This document shows positions 26,310 to 37,650 of a stretch of 64,000 nucleotides of DNA, one piece after another. The notes under the pieces were generated by a model. The model made no database searches, was not told the origin of the DNA, and saw only the letters and a program-made list of their open reading frames with translations. The stretch lies in NCBI GenBank assembly GCA_028534125.1, contig CM052818.1, positions 11,410,001 to 11,474,000 on the forward strand, given 5' to 3'. The position numbers and the translations under genes are program-made. The first letter of the stretch is position 1. Every line of letters starts with the position of its first letter. Source of the DNA: Lama glama (taxonomy: Eukaryota).

Positions 26310-26473
26310 ATGAAGAAGCAGAGGAACCACTCCCAATTAAAAGATCAAGAGAAATCCCCTGAAAGCACAATCAAGGAAATAGACATCGATGGCCTACTAG
26401 ATCAAGATTTCAAAAAAGGAGTGATCAAAGCACTGAAGGAACTAAAAGAAATAGTGTTTATATATAAAATATA
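26310..26473 (+). pseudogene. L1 ORF1p N-terminus, running into the gap
   Basis: MKKQRNHSQLKDQEKSPESTIKEIDIDGLLDQDFKKGVIKALKELKEIV is typical of the mammalian L1 ORF1p start; integrity unknown because of the gap. Confidence 0.85.
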
Positions 26474-26973
26474 NNNNNNNNNNNNNNNNNNNNNNNNNNN
26501 NNNNNNNNNNNNNNNNNNNNNNNNNNNNNNNNNNNNNNNNNNNNNNNNNNNNNNNNNNNNNNNNNNNNNNNNNNNNNNNNNNNNNNNNNNNNNNNNNNNN
26601 NNNNNNNNNNNNNNNNNNNNNNNNNNNNNNNNNNNNNNNNNNNNNNNNNNNNNNNNNNNNNNNNNNNNNNNNNNNNNNNNNNNNNNNNNNNNNNNNNNNN
26701 NNNNNNNNNNNNNNNNNNNNNNNNNNNNNNNNNNNNNNNNNNNNNNNNNNNNNNNNNNNNNNNNNNNNNNNNNNNNNNNNNNNNNNNNNNNNNNNNNNNN
26801 NNNNNNNNNNNNNNNNNNNNNNNNNNNNNNNNNNNNNNNNNNNNNNNNNNNNNNNNNNNNNNNNNNNNNNNNNNNNNNNNNNNNNNNNNNNNNNNNNNNN
26901 NNNNNNNNNNNNNNNNNNNNNNNNNNNNNNNNNNNNNNNNNNNNNNNNNNNNNNNNNNNNNNNNNNNNNNNNN
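26474..26973. other. Assembly gap of exactly 500 N
   Basis: Direct reading; a round size suggests the length may be nominal. Confidence 0.99.
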
Positions 26974-27068
26974 AGGAGATAACTGCCATGAATTACAGAA
27001 AGAATAAACACAAAATTGTAAAAGAAGACATCTAAATCATTAAGAGTGGGAGAGGGAAGGAAGGAAAG

Positions 27069-27436
27069 CCACTGTGGAAAACAGTATGGAGAGTCCTCAA
27101 AAGACTAGGAACAGACTTACCATATGACCCAGGAATCCTGCTCCTGGGCATATATCCAGAAGGAACCCTACTTCAAAATGACACCTGCACCCCAATGTTC
27201 ACAGCAGCACTATTTCAATAGCCAAGACATGGAAGCAGCCTAGATGTCCATCAACAGATGACTGAATAAAGAAGGTGTGGTATATTTGTACGATGGAATA
27301 CTATTCAGCCACAAAAACTGACAACATAATGCCATTTGCAGCAACATGGATGTTCCTGGAGAATGTCATTCTAAGTGAAGTAAGCCAGAAAGAGAAAGAA
27401 AAATACCATATGAGATCGCTGATATGAGGAATCTAA
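27069..27436 (+). pseudogene. L1 ORF2p C-terminal remnant with a frameshift and stops
   Basis: PLWKTVWRVLKRLGTDLPYDPGILLLGIYP...CTPMFTAALF/IAKTWKQPRCPSTDD*IKKVWYICTMEYYSA...PFAATWMFLENVILSEVSQKEKEKYHM. Confidence 0.93.
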
Positions 27437-27784
27437 AAACAAACAAACAAAACATAAATACAAAACAGAAACAGACTCATAGACATAGAATACAAACTTG
27501 TGGTTGCCAAGGGGGCAGGGGGTGGGAAGGGACAGAGTGGGAGTTGAAAATGTAGAATAGATAAACAAGATTATACTGTATAGCACAGGGGAAAATATAC
27601 AAGATCTTGTCATAGCTCATAGAGAAAAAAAAAATGTGACAACGGATATATACATCTTCATGTATGACTGAAAAATTGTGTTGTACACTAGAATTTGATA
27701 CAACATTGTAAAATAACTATTACTCAATAAAAATGTAAAAAATAAATAAAATAAATAAAAGGTAAATTAGAGTTCAAAAACCCT

Positions 27785-27930
27785 CAGGGGCTTATGTAAA
27801 TCATTCGAGGATTCTGTTAAAAATACCGATTCTGATTCAGTGGTCAGGAGTGGGCGTGAATCTCGTATTCTTCACGAGCTCCCACGTTATGCCGTCACTG
27901 CTGGCCCGTGGACCACACTTTAAGGAACAG
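27785..27930 (-). mobile_element. MER5-family hAT MITE
   Basis: tgttaaaaataccgattctgattcagtggtcaggagtggg...gctccc..tgctggcccgtggaccacacttt. Confidence 0.8.
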
Positions 27931-28629
27931 GTGACTAGACAGTTTCTCTAAACTTGAAAGTTCTTTGAAACTACCAAGTTCAGTAATAATCTGTTGGTGA
28001 CTTGTTACACAAGCGGAAAGAGATAAACAATTATTGAGCTTTTTTGTATCATTGATGTTGTCATTTTGTCTTTTCTTTTAAGTCTAAATAAGCTGCTTTA
28101 TCCTAGTTAGAAAACTGTATGAATACTCTGTCCTTTAAAAAGATAGGTTATCAGGAACCTTTGGCAGTGAACTGTTAATACTGTTTGGCTCACTAAACAC
28201 GGCTTTTGAATCAATTGTTTTATGACCAAATGGATTGTATGTGGAAAAATAAAATGCAGAATACTGGAAATTATGAGTTAAAATGGTGGATCCATACTTA
28301 ATAAAAATTAAGGCAAAGGAGAGCAAATGATATAAAGTAAGACATGGTGACTGTATAAAAATCAGTAGGATGAACCACAGGAGGAAATGAGAGGTGTGGC
28401 TTGTACCTTGCACAGAGTATCCTAGGTGTTTTGCTTGTTGAAAGTGACCTAGAAAGCTATAATCCACTGGGTTCTTTCCATTGATACTTTCTTCCCTCTG
28501 CCTAAGCCTAAGTTTTAAGATGGAATATGTATACGAGAAAGGGAGGGAGGAGGACTGTATGAATTGACGGCTTAAAAAAGTATTTCAGAAGTCTACAGAT
28601 AGGGGTTTTGTATTTAAAAGACATTTTTA

Positions 28630-28710
28630 AAATAATGTCAAGCACAATACCTGGCACATAATAGGAGCTCAGTTAATGTCTATAAAAAGGAATGAGATGA
28701 AAGAAATGAG
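28630..28710 (+). mobile_element. L2/MIR 3' terminal fragment
   Basis: aagcacaatacctggcacataataggagctcagttaatg. Confidence 0.65.
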
Positions 28711-28899
28711 CATTGCAAGACTGAAATTAAGTGAAAGTTTACAGGATCCTGAATAGTTTAAGGAGTCATAAGTTTGGAGGGGATAGTTCCAGAAATGCCT
28801 CCTTGGTTATTTAAAAAAAAAAAAAAAGAGTTTCTTCTCTTCCTCCTCCTCTCAAAGAGAAAGCTTTGGCTAGAAAAGAGTCAATGAATTGATCTTTGA

Positions 28900-29090
28900 A
28901 TATGAATTTAACGAGCTCATATTATATGCTTTATGCTTCATATAAGCTGTTGTCTCTTTCCCTTTTCAACCACCCTATGAAGGAATTATTATTATCATCC
29001 CCAGGTGCCCCAGGTGCCACACCTAGAAACAGCAGAACTAGGGGTTTCATCCAATTGTCCAACTTAGAAGTCTGCACTCTTCACATAACT
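28900..29090 (-). mobile_element. MIR fragment
   Basis: caaccaccctatgaaggaattattattatcatcccca..gccacacctagaaacagcagaactaggg. Confidence 0.6.
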
Positions 29091-30009
29091 TGTAATATGG
29101 TTGGGGTGAGGAGGAAGAGGAATAAGATATTTTTAAAAACAAGGGGAAAATAATGTATTTTCTATAGTGCTAAATTGTGGAGACTCCAAGTTGAAAGAAA
29201 TCAAGAGAAGGAGCTCAGTCTGGACCTGGGTCAAGGGTAGTTTCATGGAGAAGGGCTGGACGTGGGCCCAAAGTCCATTCATTCACAGAATATTTGCATG
29301 GCCCACGGAGAAAGAAAATTGGACAGTCAACAGATAGATGAGGTGAGAAGAGGAAGGATCTTGAAGAATGGTGAAAATGATTAGTGTTTGTTTTTGAGAA
29401 TAAAAGGCTCAGAAAGACTTTGTAATGCAGACCAGGAGGAAGCAACATAGGGGAGACTGTTTTTCATCTTCAGCATGTATCGGGCACCCAAAATCCATAC
29501 TGCCAATGGGGTGGGGTACAGGGAGTGTGTGTTGCTAAGATAACCTAAAGGCAAATTGTATAAGCTAAAACCTCCAGCAAGACAAAAGCCTATTTGTAAA
29601 TTACTCCACTTAATTTTCCAGGTCATGATTGCCTTTCTCTGCAAAGCGGTTTATGACATTCTCAATTAAGAGTTTGCTATAAAAATGAATGAATGAAGTA
29701 TTTCAAAACTGCTATGAGATATTAAAGATGAGTCACTTTTAAAAAGTGGTTTTGTTTCCTGTGTTCTGGATAATGCATTTGAGAATGCAGTTTCCAGCCT
29801 CACCCATCACCCCATTGTGAAATCAAATTGAATGACTCTCTGCTCTTAGAATGATCCCTCATTCAAATGCATTCAATAAATAAAGCCCAAACACAATGAG
29901 GCACTTTCCACAGAGCATCCCCGAGAGCTAGGGCCTGGTCTCTCTCACCACACATCAAGCTGAGACTGAAGTAACTAAAGCATTCACCCACACTGACTGC
30001 ATAATATAT

Positions 30010-30170
30010 AATGATTTATTGTTTACTAAGCTCCTGCATGTACACTATCTCATTTGATTCTCACAATGACCCTATATTAAGGATGCTTTTGGTTTATTAG
30101 CCCCATTTAACAGATGTAGAATTTATAGCTCAGAGTGGCCAGTGATTTGCCCAAAGTCACACAGCAATGT
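30010..30170 (-). mobile_element. MIR SINE
   Basis: atctcatttgattctcacaatgaccctat..ccccatttaacagatgtag..gctcagag..gtgatttgcccaaagtcacacagc. Confidence 0.85.
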
Positions 30171-30815
30171 AAAAGGCACTTTAAATCCTCTCAGCCCCGT
30201 CCTTCCCTCCTGCCCAGAACAGGCAACATACTTCTCAGTACAAAACCATATAATTAGTGGAACCATTACCAAGACTGGGCCAAATATTTAATTCATTCAG
30301 ATGTGTCTCTAGTGATTCTGTAAATACTGAGGAATTCATTTTCCACCTCCTGCAATTCTGTGAACTCTACCCTGGACAAAAGGTCACCCAAACACGATCC
30401 TTGCTCAGAGTTATGGAAATGTATGCAGTCTAAAAGAAGATGGGCCAAATGCAGGGTGAAAATATCAGTGTAACTCCCAGTGCCATTTACTCTTGCTGCC
30501 TCAAATCCTTCTTGAAATTAGGCATGTTATAAACCATTAAAAATACAAACTCTAGCCCTAAATTCAATTTTCATATATCAGAGGGGGTCAGGAGTCCAGT
30601 AGATCGGAGAGCAAGTAAGACTAGACTGAAATAGGTAAATAGATATGGTAGGCAAGCCAGACACAGGCAGAGAGAAGATTTTTTAAAAAGAATTTTCAAC
30701 TTACATCCATATAACATACTGAAAATTATCTGAAAAGCAATAAAAAATACAATTTCCTCAAAATCAACATCTTTACAACCTCAAGTTCTACTCAGCTGGA
30801 ATTTGGCTTGGGGAG

Positions 30816-31386
30816 TGTTACAGAACCAGGTTCATTTTTCCCAATGCTCAGCAAGCCAAAATGCTAAGACACTGAGGTTTTTACAGCAAAGAAAGGGTTT
30901 AATTTTCAAGGCAGCTAAGCAAGGAGAGAGGGGAATGAGTCTCAGACTCCCCAAAGTCAAGGGGCTCAGGGTATTTATGGGAGAAAGAATAAAGCAGCAG
31001 TGTGGTCTGAGGCATGGGGAGCGTGGGGAAAGGTGACTGGGGAAAGGTACCATAATCTGTGATGCTTATTCTGCACAGACGTAACTAAACCACTGGAGGC
31101 ACTTGTTCAAAACCGGAGGCACTTGGCACAACCTGGAGGCGGCATTTTTGAAAGATCACAGAATGGACACTTACTCGCACATGCCCAGTTGGAGGGTTGG
31201 AGGTCCTCTCCAGTCTTAACCAGCTTAGCTAGAACTAGATATAGCTGTCCCCAAGTTCCTAGAGAACAACTTGGGCAAACATCTTATTGTTTAGGCTACG
31301 TGCTGCTTAGAGGACATACAAGTCTTAAAAGAACCTTGATTAGTGAAGGCAGGTAAAATGGATTTGACTTGTTACCCACAGTTTCA
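30816..31386 (-). mobile_element. ERV1-class solo LTR, 571 bp
   Basis: TG...CA termini (tgttaca / gtttca); 4-bp TSD ggag (30812-30815 and 31387-31390); minus-strand TATA-like cataaata near 30975 and attaaa near 30900 before a U5-like end. Confidence 0.88.
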
Positions 31387-33109
31387 GGAGTAATTAGGAG
31401 ACAGGTGATTAACTCCTCTTAAAAGTCCGTCTGGGTCAGAGCTGTGCAGAGGATCACCTAGCAGCCTTGTCCTCATGGAAGGAAGGGGTTAACAGAATTA
31501 AGGATGGCTTCATTTTCTGACATTGCCTTGCAAACACCACTTCAAAAACAATCAGGGCCAGCCCTCTTTTTCTGCATCCAGCCAGCTGCTTCCATCTTCA
31601 TTTTGGCTGTGGGATGATCTACACGGCGGGACTGCGCCCAGCAGCTACAGAGAGACCACATCGATGAGGCTCCCATATCCACATTCACTGTTGAGGGAAC
31701 TTAGTGGCTGTAAGGGCCCTTTTCCTCAAAATGTCTAATTCCAATCTCTCCTAAGTTATGATCGATCTATTCATCTGTGTATAACTGTGAATAGCTACAG
31801 AATTTCAGAAAATCCAAAGTTACTTTACCGTAGACTCTTCCGTTTGTGAGTCATGGAACTGAGAGAGCCACAACTGTATCTGTCCATATTTGAGGCACTG
31901 CATCCTTGCCTGTACTTCTAGTAACTAACCCATATAATTAAATCATTCAAAGACATCAAAGGGTCTTTATTCTTCCCCCCTAAAATTAAGAGACAGAAGT
32001 CATGATTCCAAGGTTTATTCTTCAAAAGGTAAGGTGACTTGGAACCAAGGTTAAATTACCTGACACTTTTAGGGATCAAGAAAGATCGTTCTACCAATAT
32101 TCCTCTATACATTCAGACCTGATTCAAAAACCAAAACCAAAAATAATACTGTTCTTGACTCTGGCTTAGCAACTTCTCTGCATTAAAAGCTAGGTTGAGG
32201 TCTTTAAACCATTTTCAGTGTTATGACCAGGGGCTCCAAGAGTGAAGTTTTGTTTAGATCACACAAGACTTTTGTTGTTGATTGAAACCTGGCTTGATGC
32301 CTCTATACATCTAAATAATTAGAAAAAATACATTTAAATGAGAAGCAGATGCTGTTTCCAGATTTCTATTTTCACTGTACAGAATAAATAGAAGCTTTCA
32401 TCTCTGCATTTACTCTTTGGATATGGTGCATATCACATGAATCATTATTTAAAACATAGGGTGTTCTTTTCACAAAGGTAAAGGAAATAGGGGTCTTCTG
32501 GAGTACTCATTCCTTCAAATTACTTTCTGCTCCAAGAAAACTCAATAGGGTTATTCATCCTCCATCACTCCTTCCTCTCCTTTCACATTGGTACTAAGCG
32601 CGTGGATCCAAACAGAGTACAGAAGGCTGGTGCTGAAAGTGTGGACGGCAGGCCCTGCTAGTGATGGGGGCTTGTAACTGGCAGCAGATGACAAACACAC
32701 GGCAAACGCTCAATGTTCATCTTATCAGATGCAAAACTAATTAGGCAGAAACTATATTCCAGCCAAGAAAATAAAGGACAGGACATCACAGGGCACCTTT
32801 GGAAATGGAGAGGAGTTTTCTGGAGCTTCTTTCTTTGTTGCTATGTCAACACTCTCGCAGGTAGAGGACATTTTCGGTTTCTCTTACCAGCTGGGAAGTT
32901 ACACACTTGGTTCCTGAGCCAGTTTTAAGTGCCTGAGGTGTTTGGATGGAGGAGCTATGTAAACATAGGGCAAAGGACTGCACAACTTCAAAGCAAAGCT
33001 CGTGTACACCCACGGGTCCCAAAGTTCAGTCTTCTGAGCTGATAGCTGTGGTGAGACCGGCCAAATCAGCTACCAAACCCGAAGAGAACTGATGGGCCAT
33101 GAATCTATG

Positions 33110-33400
33110 ATGTAATTTACTGAAACCACTTGTTTACTTGTTCTCTGTCACCACCTCCCAATGCCCACCATTCATTCTTTTTTCTTCTTTTTGTTTTTAT
33201 TAAAGTACAGTTGACTTACAATGTTATATTAGTTTCTGGTGTACAACACAGTAATTTGGTATTTGCATAGACTGTACTCCATATAACCCACCATTCATTC
33301 TTTGTCTGTGTTGCTCACCATCCGCACCCCTCCTGGTCTAGCACAGTGTCTGGCACAGATCAGTCACCAATCAATATTTGTGGACTGACACAATGAGTGG
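33110..33400 (+). mobile_element. L2 3' end, interrupted by a short L1
   Basis: ttgtttacttgttctctgtc...tgttgctcacc..ctagcacagtgtctggcacagat..caatcaatatttgtggactga. Confidence 0.75.
33181..33286 (-). mobile_element. Short 5'-truncated L1 3' end with a perfect 17-bp TSD
   Basis: T-tract then tattaaagtacagttgacttacaatgttatattagtttctggtgtacaaca; TSD cccaccattcattcttt at 33164-33180 and 33287-33303. Confidence 0.92.
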
Positions 33401-33479
33401 ATATACTTCAAATGTTTATTCACTGCCCTGAAATAAATACCAGAGTTTATGAGCTATATGAAGACACAAAATAAAATAG

Positions 33480-33725
33480 TAGTTGCCACTTAGGAATCAC
33501 TTGTCACATATCAAACACTGCGCTAAAGAATATTTTTACTTCTATTACTTTAATTTTAACACTCAAGATAACAGAAAGTATGATTCTCTCCATTTTATAT
33601 ATAAGAAACCAGATGCTCAGGGAGGCAAACTGACTTGCCTCATAAGTGGTCAGTAAGTGATAACATTTCTAGTCTATCTTACTCCATGGCCCTTACATAT
33701 CCTGTAACCACTGCATTGTGCTGCC
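33480..33725 (-). mobile_element. MIR SINE
   Basis: ctccattttatatataagaaaccagatgctcagggaggcaaactgacttgcct. Confidence 0.75.
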
Positions 33726-34159
33726 CACTAAGTTTCAGAGGTTTTGAGAGCTTGTTCTAATATAATGGGCTACAAAATTTGAATGCAGAAAGAAAAAGCA
33801 AAAACTCCAATGAATTAGCCCTTGGAATATCAGAATCAAGTTGTTCCTACATACGCAGTGAGTCAACTCTTCTTAGAATGAACCAATGATCCAAACGAGC
33901 AATGTTGTCTTTCAACACAAAGAAAGGTTTGAAAGGTTCAGCCGTATGAATTATGTTGCTGTGAAATAAACCAAGGTGAAAAATTCATCCTGAACTTTTG
34001 ATCTGAACAGACATTGAAGCAATTTCATCCCATATGTGTACACAGAGATCCAAAAGAAAATCATGCAATGTTAGAAACAGAGACTCTATATATTACTACT
34101 TGGTGGCTGTTGCTGATACCGATATGAGTGATAATAACTACTACTTGTTATCATTATTT

Positions 34160-34410
34160 CTAGTTCAGATTTATTGAAAGTTTGCTTTACATCAAGTTTT
34201 GTGATACATACTTGACAGATATTTTCTCATTTAATCTTCAAACACTCCCTGAGGTAAATGTAATTAGAACCCCATCTTCCACATGAAAAATGTGAAGTTA
34301 CACAAGGTAGATGGCATGTCTATGGCCAAACAGTTGACAATGGTGGAACCAGGAACAAAACCAGGTCTGCCTGGGCCCAAGCTCTAATCTTATCCAATAC
34401 TACATTGTGG
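34160..34410 (-). mobile_element. MIR SINE
   Basis: ttctcatttaatcttcaaacactcccctgaggta..ccccatcttccacatgaaaaatgtgaag..gtggaaccagg..ccaggtctgcctg. Confidence 0.8.
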
Positions 34411-35169
34411 TCCACTGATTTCTACACAATCATTATGCCTGTGTCCCTATAATTTTAATTTTGTAAAAGCTTTACATGTATCATACCTTGGTTCTACTGC
34501 CTACAGGAGCTTGGGGACAGTGAGTATACACTCTAGGGTCATCATTTCGCTGATGGCAAGATGAGCAAGTATAAAATTTAAAGGTATGCCCCCCATCCCA
34601 AATTTCATGGGTTCCCTTCTCTCAAATTAGGAATACTGAAGTTTTCTTTTTTTAAAAGCAAATTACAAGGATGAGGGGCTTGCTATGAAAATATGTGGTA
34701 GCGATTGCTAATGATGGGCTCATTCTAAACTAACTCAGCACGTTGTCCATGCTCTCCAGTCAACAGCTGATACTGGACGTGTCTTTGGAGAAATTCTGGC
34801 ATGCTTTCTAGAGTTCTCTCTTTAAATCGACTCTAAATAAAATAGAATATTTTTCTGGCAGCATTTTGAACCCTCAGCTACTGGGTCTGGATGAAACCTG
34901 AAAATAAAAGGGATTTCCATTCATGGAAAATGAGATGGAGGATAAAGCTAAGTGACCTTTTGAGAACACTTTAAAATTATATTCTGTTTATTGAGTTCAT
35001 GTCTTGGTCCAAAGTTCAGAATGATATTCATTTTGTATGAATACGTTTTTTTCTCAAATCATTGCAAAGAAAAATTTTAGTAGATGGAAATACTGTGCAA
35101 AAGGAAAAGATTCATTTGGATGTCTAGGGACCACACATGCATTTAGGAACTAGGGGATACACTCCTTTC

Positions 35170-35330
35170 TTTGCATAGCTGTAAGAACTGGGGACATCAT
35201 TTAAATTATCTGCACCTCAGTTTCCTTATCATAAAATGTAGGGCTAGATCTAGCTTGTCTCAAAATTACTATGGAATAAAAATATATTTTAAAAAAATTA
35301 CTATGGAATTAGAAATCTATGATTCTTTCA
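35170..35330 (+). mobile_element. MIR/MIR3 fragment containing a micro-insertion
   Basis: tcatttaaattatctgcacctcagtttccttatcataaaatg..tctatgattct. Confidence 0.7.
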
Positions 35331-36299
35331 GTCTACCTTAGATTGAGCACCTACCTGTGTATTTATACTGCAAAGGATCATGTGAGATCCGCAGAGAGCC
35401 TTTCTATCAATTTCTAGGAAATAATTTGACAATGTGACCAAATTATAAATAGCTCTAGTTGTCTAACACATACAAGAAAGTAACAAGATTTTTCAACTAG
35501 GTATAGCAATGATGATTATCTCAGCCTTTTTAGGTTTTTCTCATTGTCCTGAAACATGGGTATCAAGGCAATAGGAAGTAGAAATTCTGCGTATTTACTT
35601 CTGATGCTGATAACATCTATATTTGACATTCCAGAATAACAGCATCTCCAGCAGCAACTAAGATATGCATGTTTCAGAACTGAGAAACTTAAAATCCCCT
35701 TTTAAGCAATGCGGTCACAGAAGACTCTTAATAATTGATTATAATTGATTTTAACCTTGTCCTAACCTGGGCAAAATGGCAAAGCCAATCATCTTTGTCC
35801 AGATGGGGTATGAGAAAAGAGCCCCGAGTCCATGTCTTTAAAAGCTCCAGACATGAGCAGAAGATAAAATATTTAGTCTGCCAAAGCCTTGACCTCCCAA
35901 TTCCAGCCAGTTTTGAACTTGAATTGATTTCCGACAAGGCATCTGGGAGATGATTACAACAAAATGCACTAAAGCTGGGCAGCCTTTATTTTAACATCCC
36001 AGCAGCTTAACCTGTTAATAACAGCAATTGTTTTAGATACAATACCAATTTCTGTAACCAGCGCAAGAAATGGATAACACAGCACAGTCTCCCAGGCAGT
36101 ACAATAACAGGAAAAAAAGGGGGGGGGGCGGGGGAGAAAAAGAAAAGAAAAAAAAAAAACTACAGCCAGTCACAGAGGAGATGCTGACAGTATTTTCTAA
36201 GAAACCTCAGTTTTCAGGGACCCAGACACCACCAGGGACCAAATTCTACAGTCTGAAAAAAAATCTTTGCCAAAGAAGGTTGTGTGTTGAGAGAGAAAT

Positions 36300-36795
36300 C
36301 ACTGTAAGCCTGCAATCTGGAATCACATCTGTGTTCTGCTGATGAAAGCTGAGCTATCCTGGGCAAGTCACTTCACATCTCTACGCCTAATTTGCTTTGT
36401 TTGAAACAGCGCTGCCCAATACAAACATAATGTGGGCCACAAATGTGAACCCATATGTAATTTTAAATTTTCTAGTAGCCACATTAAAACATAGGTTTAA
36501 AAAGGCAAGTTAATTTTGTGATCTTACTTAATATATCTAAAATAGAACCAGTTCAACATGTAATCAATACAAAATTGTTAATGCACAATTTCACATTTAT
36601 TTTTGTACTAGATCTTCAAAATCCAGTGTATATTTCATACCTGTGGCACATTTCAATTCAAATTAGCCATATTCCAAGTGCTCAATAGCCACTTGTGGCT
36701 AGTGGCTACCATATTGGACAGCACAAGTTTGAAACATGAGCAGGTAGGACTAAATGTCTCTAGGGTTTTCTCTATAACATGTCATGATGATTCTA
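36300..36795 (+). mobile_element. MIR split by MER33
   Basis: ctgggcaagtcacttcacatctct before the MITE and atgagcaggtaggactaaatgtctctagg after it. Confidence 0.7.
36407..36726. mobile_element. MER33/MER3-family hAT MITE, full length
   Basis: TIR-like ends cagcgctgcccaata / tattggacagcacaa; perfect 8-bp TSD gtttgaaa (36399-36406 and 36727-36734); internal aagtgctcaatagccacttgtggctagtggctac. Confidence 0.92.
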
Positions 36796-37089
36796 AACAT
36801 TCCTTCTGCTGCTCTTCATTTTAAATCAACTACAGGTTGAGAATGCAGATGTGGTTGATTGGTGGGAGAGATCAGGATATGAGAGTGACAGCAACTGTGG
36901 CTACAAGTTTGAGATGAGCCATCAGCAAGGTCTGCACTGATGTGTGGACAAGGTCTTCAACCCCTTCCCTGAGCAGCTGTGTTACACCAGTGGTCATAAA
37001 TGGTGTAGGGTGGATGGGCAGAGGGGGTAGGGGCACACATTTTCATGACATAGCCCAGGATATTCTATTAAATGAAATGATAAACAGCA

Positions 37090-37325
37090 TCCTCATCATT
37101 ATTAAGCACTATTTGTGTACCATTTTGCATTGCATATACAAAAATTATTTAATCATCTCAACCACTCTTTGAGGTAGGAATTATTAACTTTAGTAGGTGG
37201 GGGGCTGAGCCTTAAAGAGACAAATTATTCTGCCCAATGTCAGACTCCTAGAAAGTGTGTGTGTGGATTTAAACCCAGTTTTTCTGACTCCAAGACTAGT
37301 CTCTTGACTACCATGATATACTGCT
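37090..37325 (-). mobile_element. MIR SINE
   Basis: ttattaagcactatttgtgtacca..atttaatcatctcaaccactctttgaggtagg..ggatttaaacccagtttttctgactccaa. Confidence 0.85.
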
Positions 37326-37524
37326 TTACAAACAAATAACAGCTTTTGGTCTTCTACCTCACTCCTAGGAAGGTTTCCCAAATTGTAGAGATAATGAAGA
37401 AGAGGCATAGAAAGGTTAAAGATGTTGTTTTCACTTTCTAATAACTGAGAAGGTCAGAAACAGTGCAGCAGGTAACAGTTCTAATAAACATAAACTCCTC
37501 TTCTCTCTCAGTCAAGCATACATG

Positions 37525-37650
37525 CAAGAAAGGAAGAAAGAAGGAGGAAAAGAGGGAAGGAAGGATGGAAAGAAGGAAGGAAGGAAGGAAGAAAGGAAAA
37601 AAGGGAGAAAAGACAGAAGGAAGGCAGGGAGGGAGGGAGGGAGGAGAGAC
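37525..37650. repeat. (GGAA/GGGA)n polypurine tract
   Basis: Direct reading. Confidence 0.95.

Larger units (their letters stand above)
24967..27756 (+). mobile_element. LINE-1 insertion with full 5'UTR, ORF1 start, internal ORF2 deletion, 3'UTR and A-rich tail
   Basis: Starts ggagagaagcaagatgg; TT/AAAA insertion site at 24950-24955; TSD aaaaggtgaattag (24953-24966) / aaaaggtaaattag (27757-27770); aataaa at 27726-27731 followed by an A-rich tail. Confidence 0.93.

Noticed and set aside
26310..27035. 241-aa ORF and antisense ORFs spanning the N run
   Set aside because: Continuity is an artefact of the 500-N gap; only the ORF1p N-terminus is supported.
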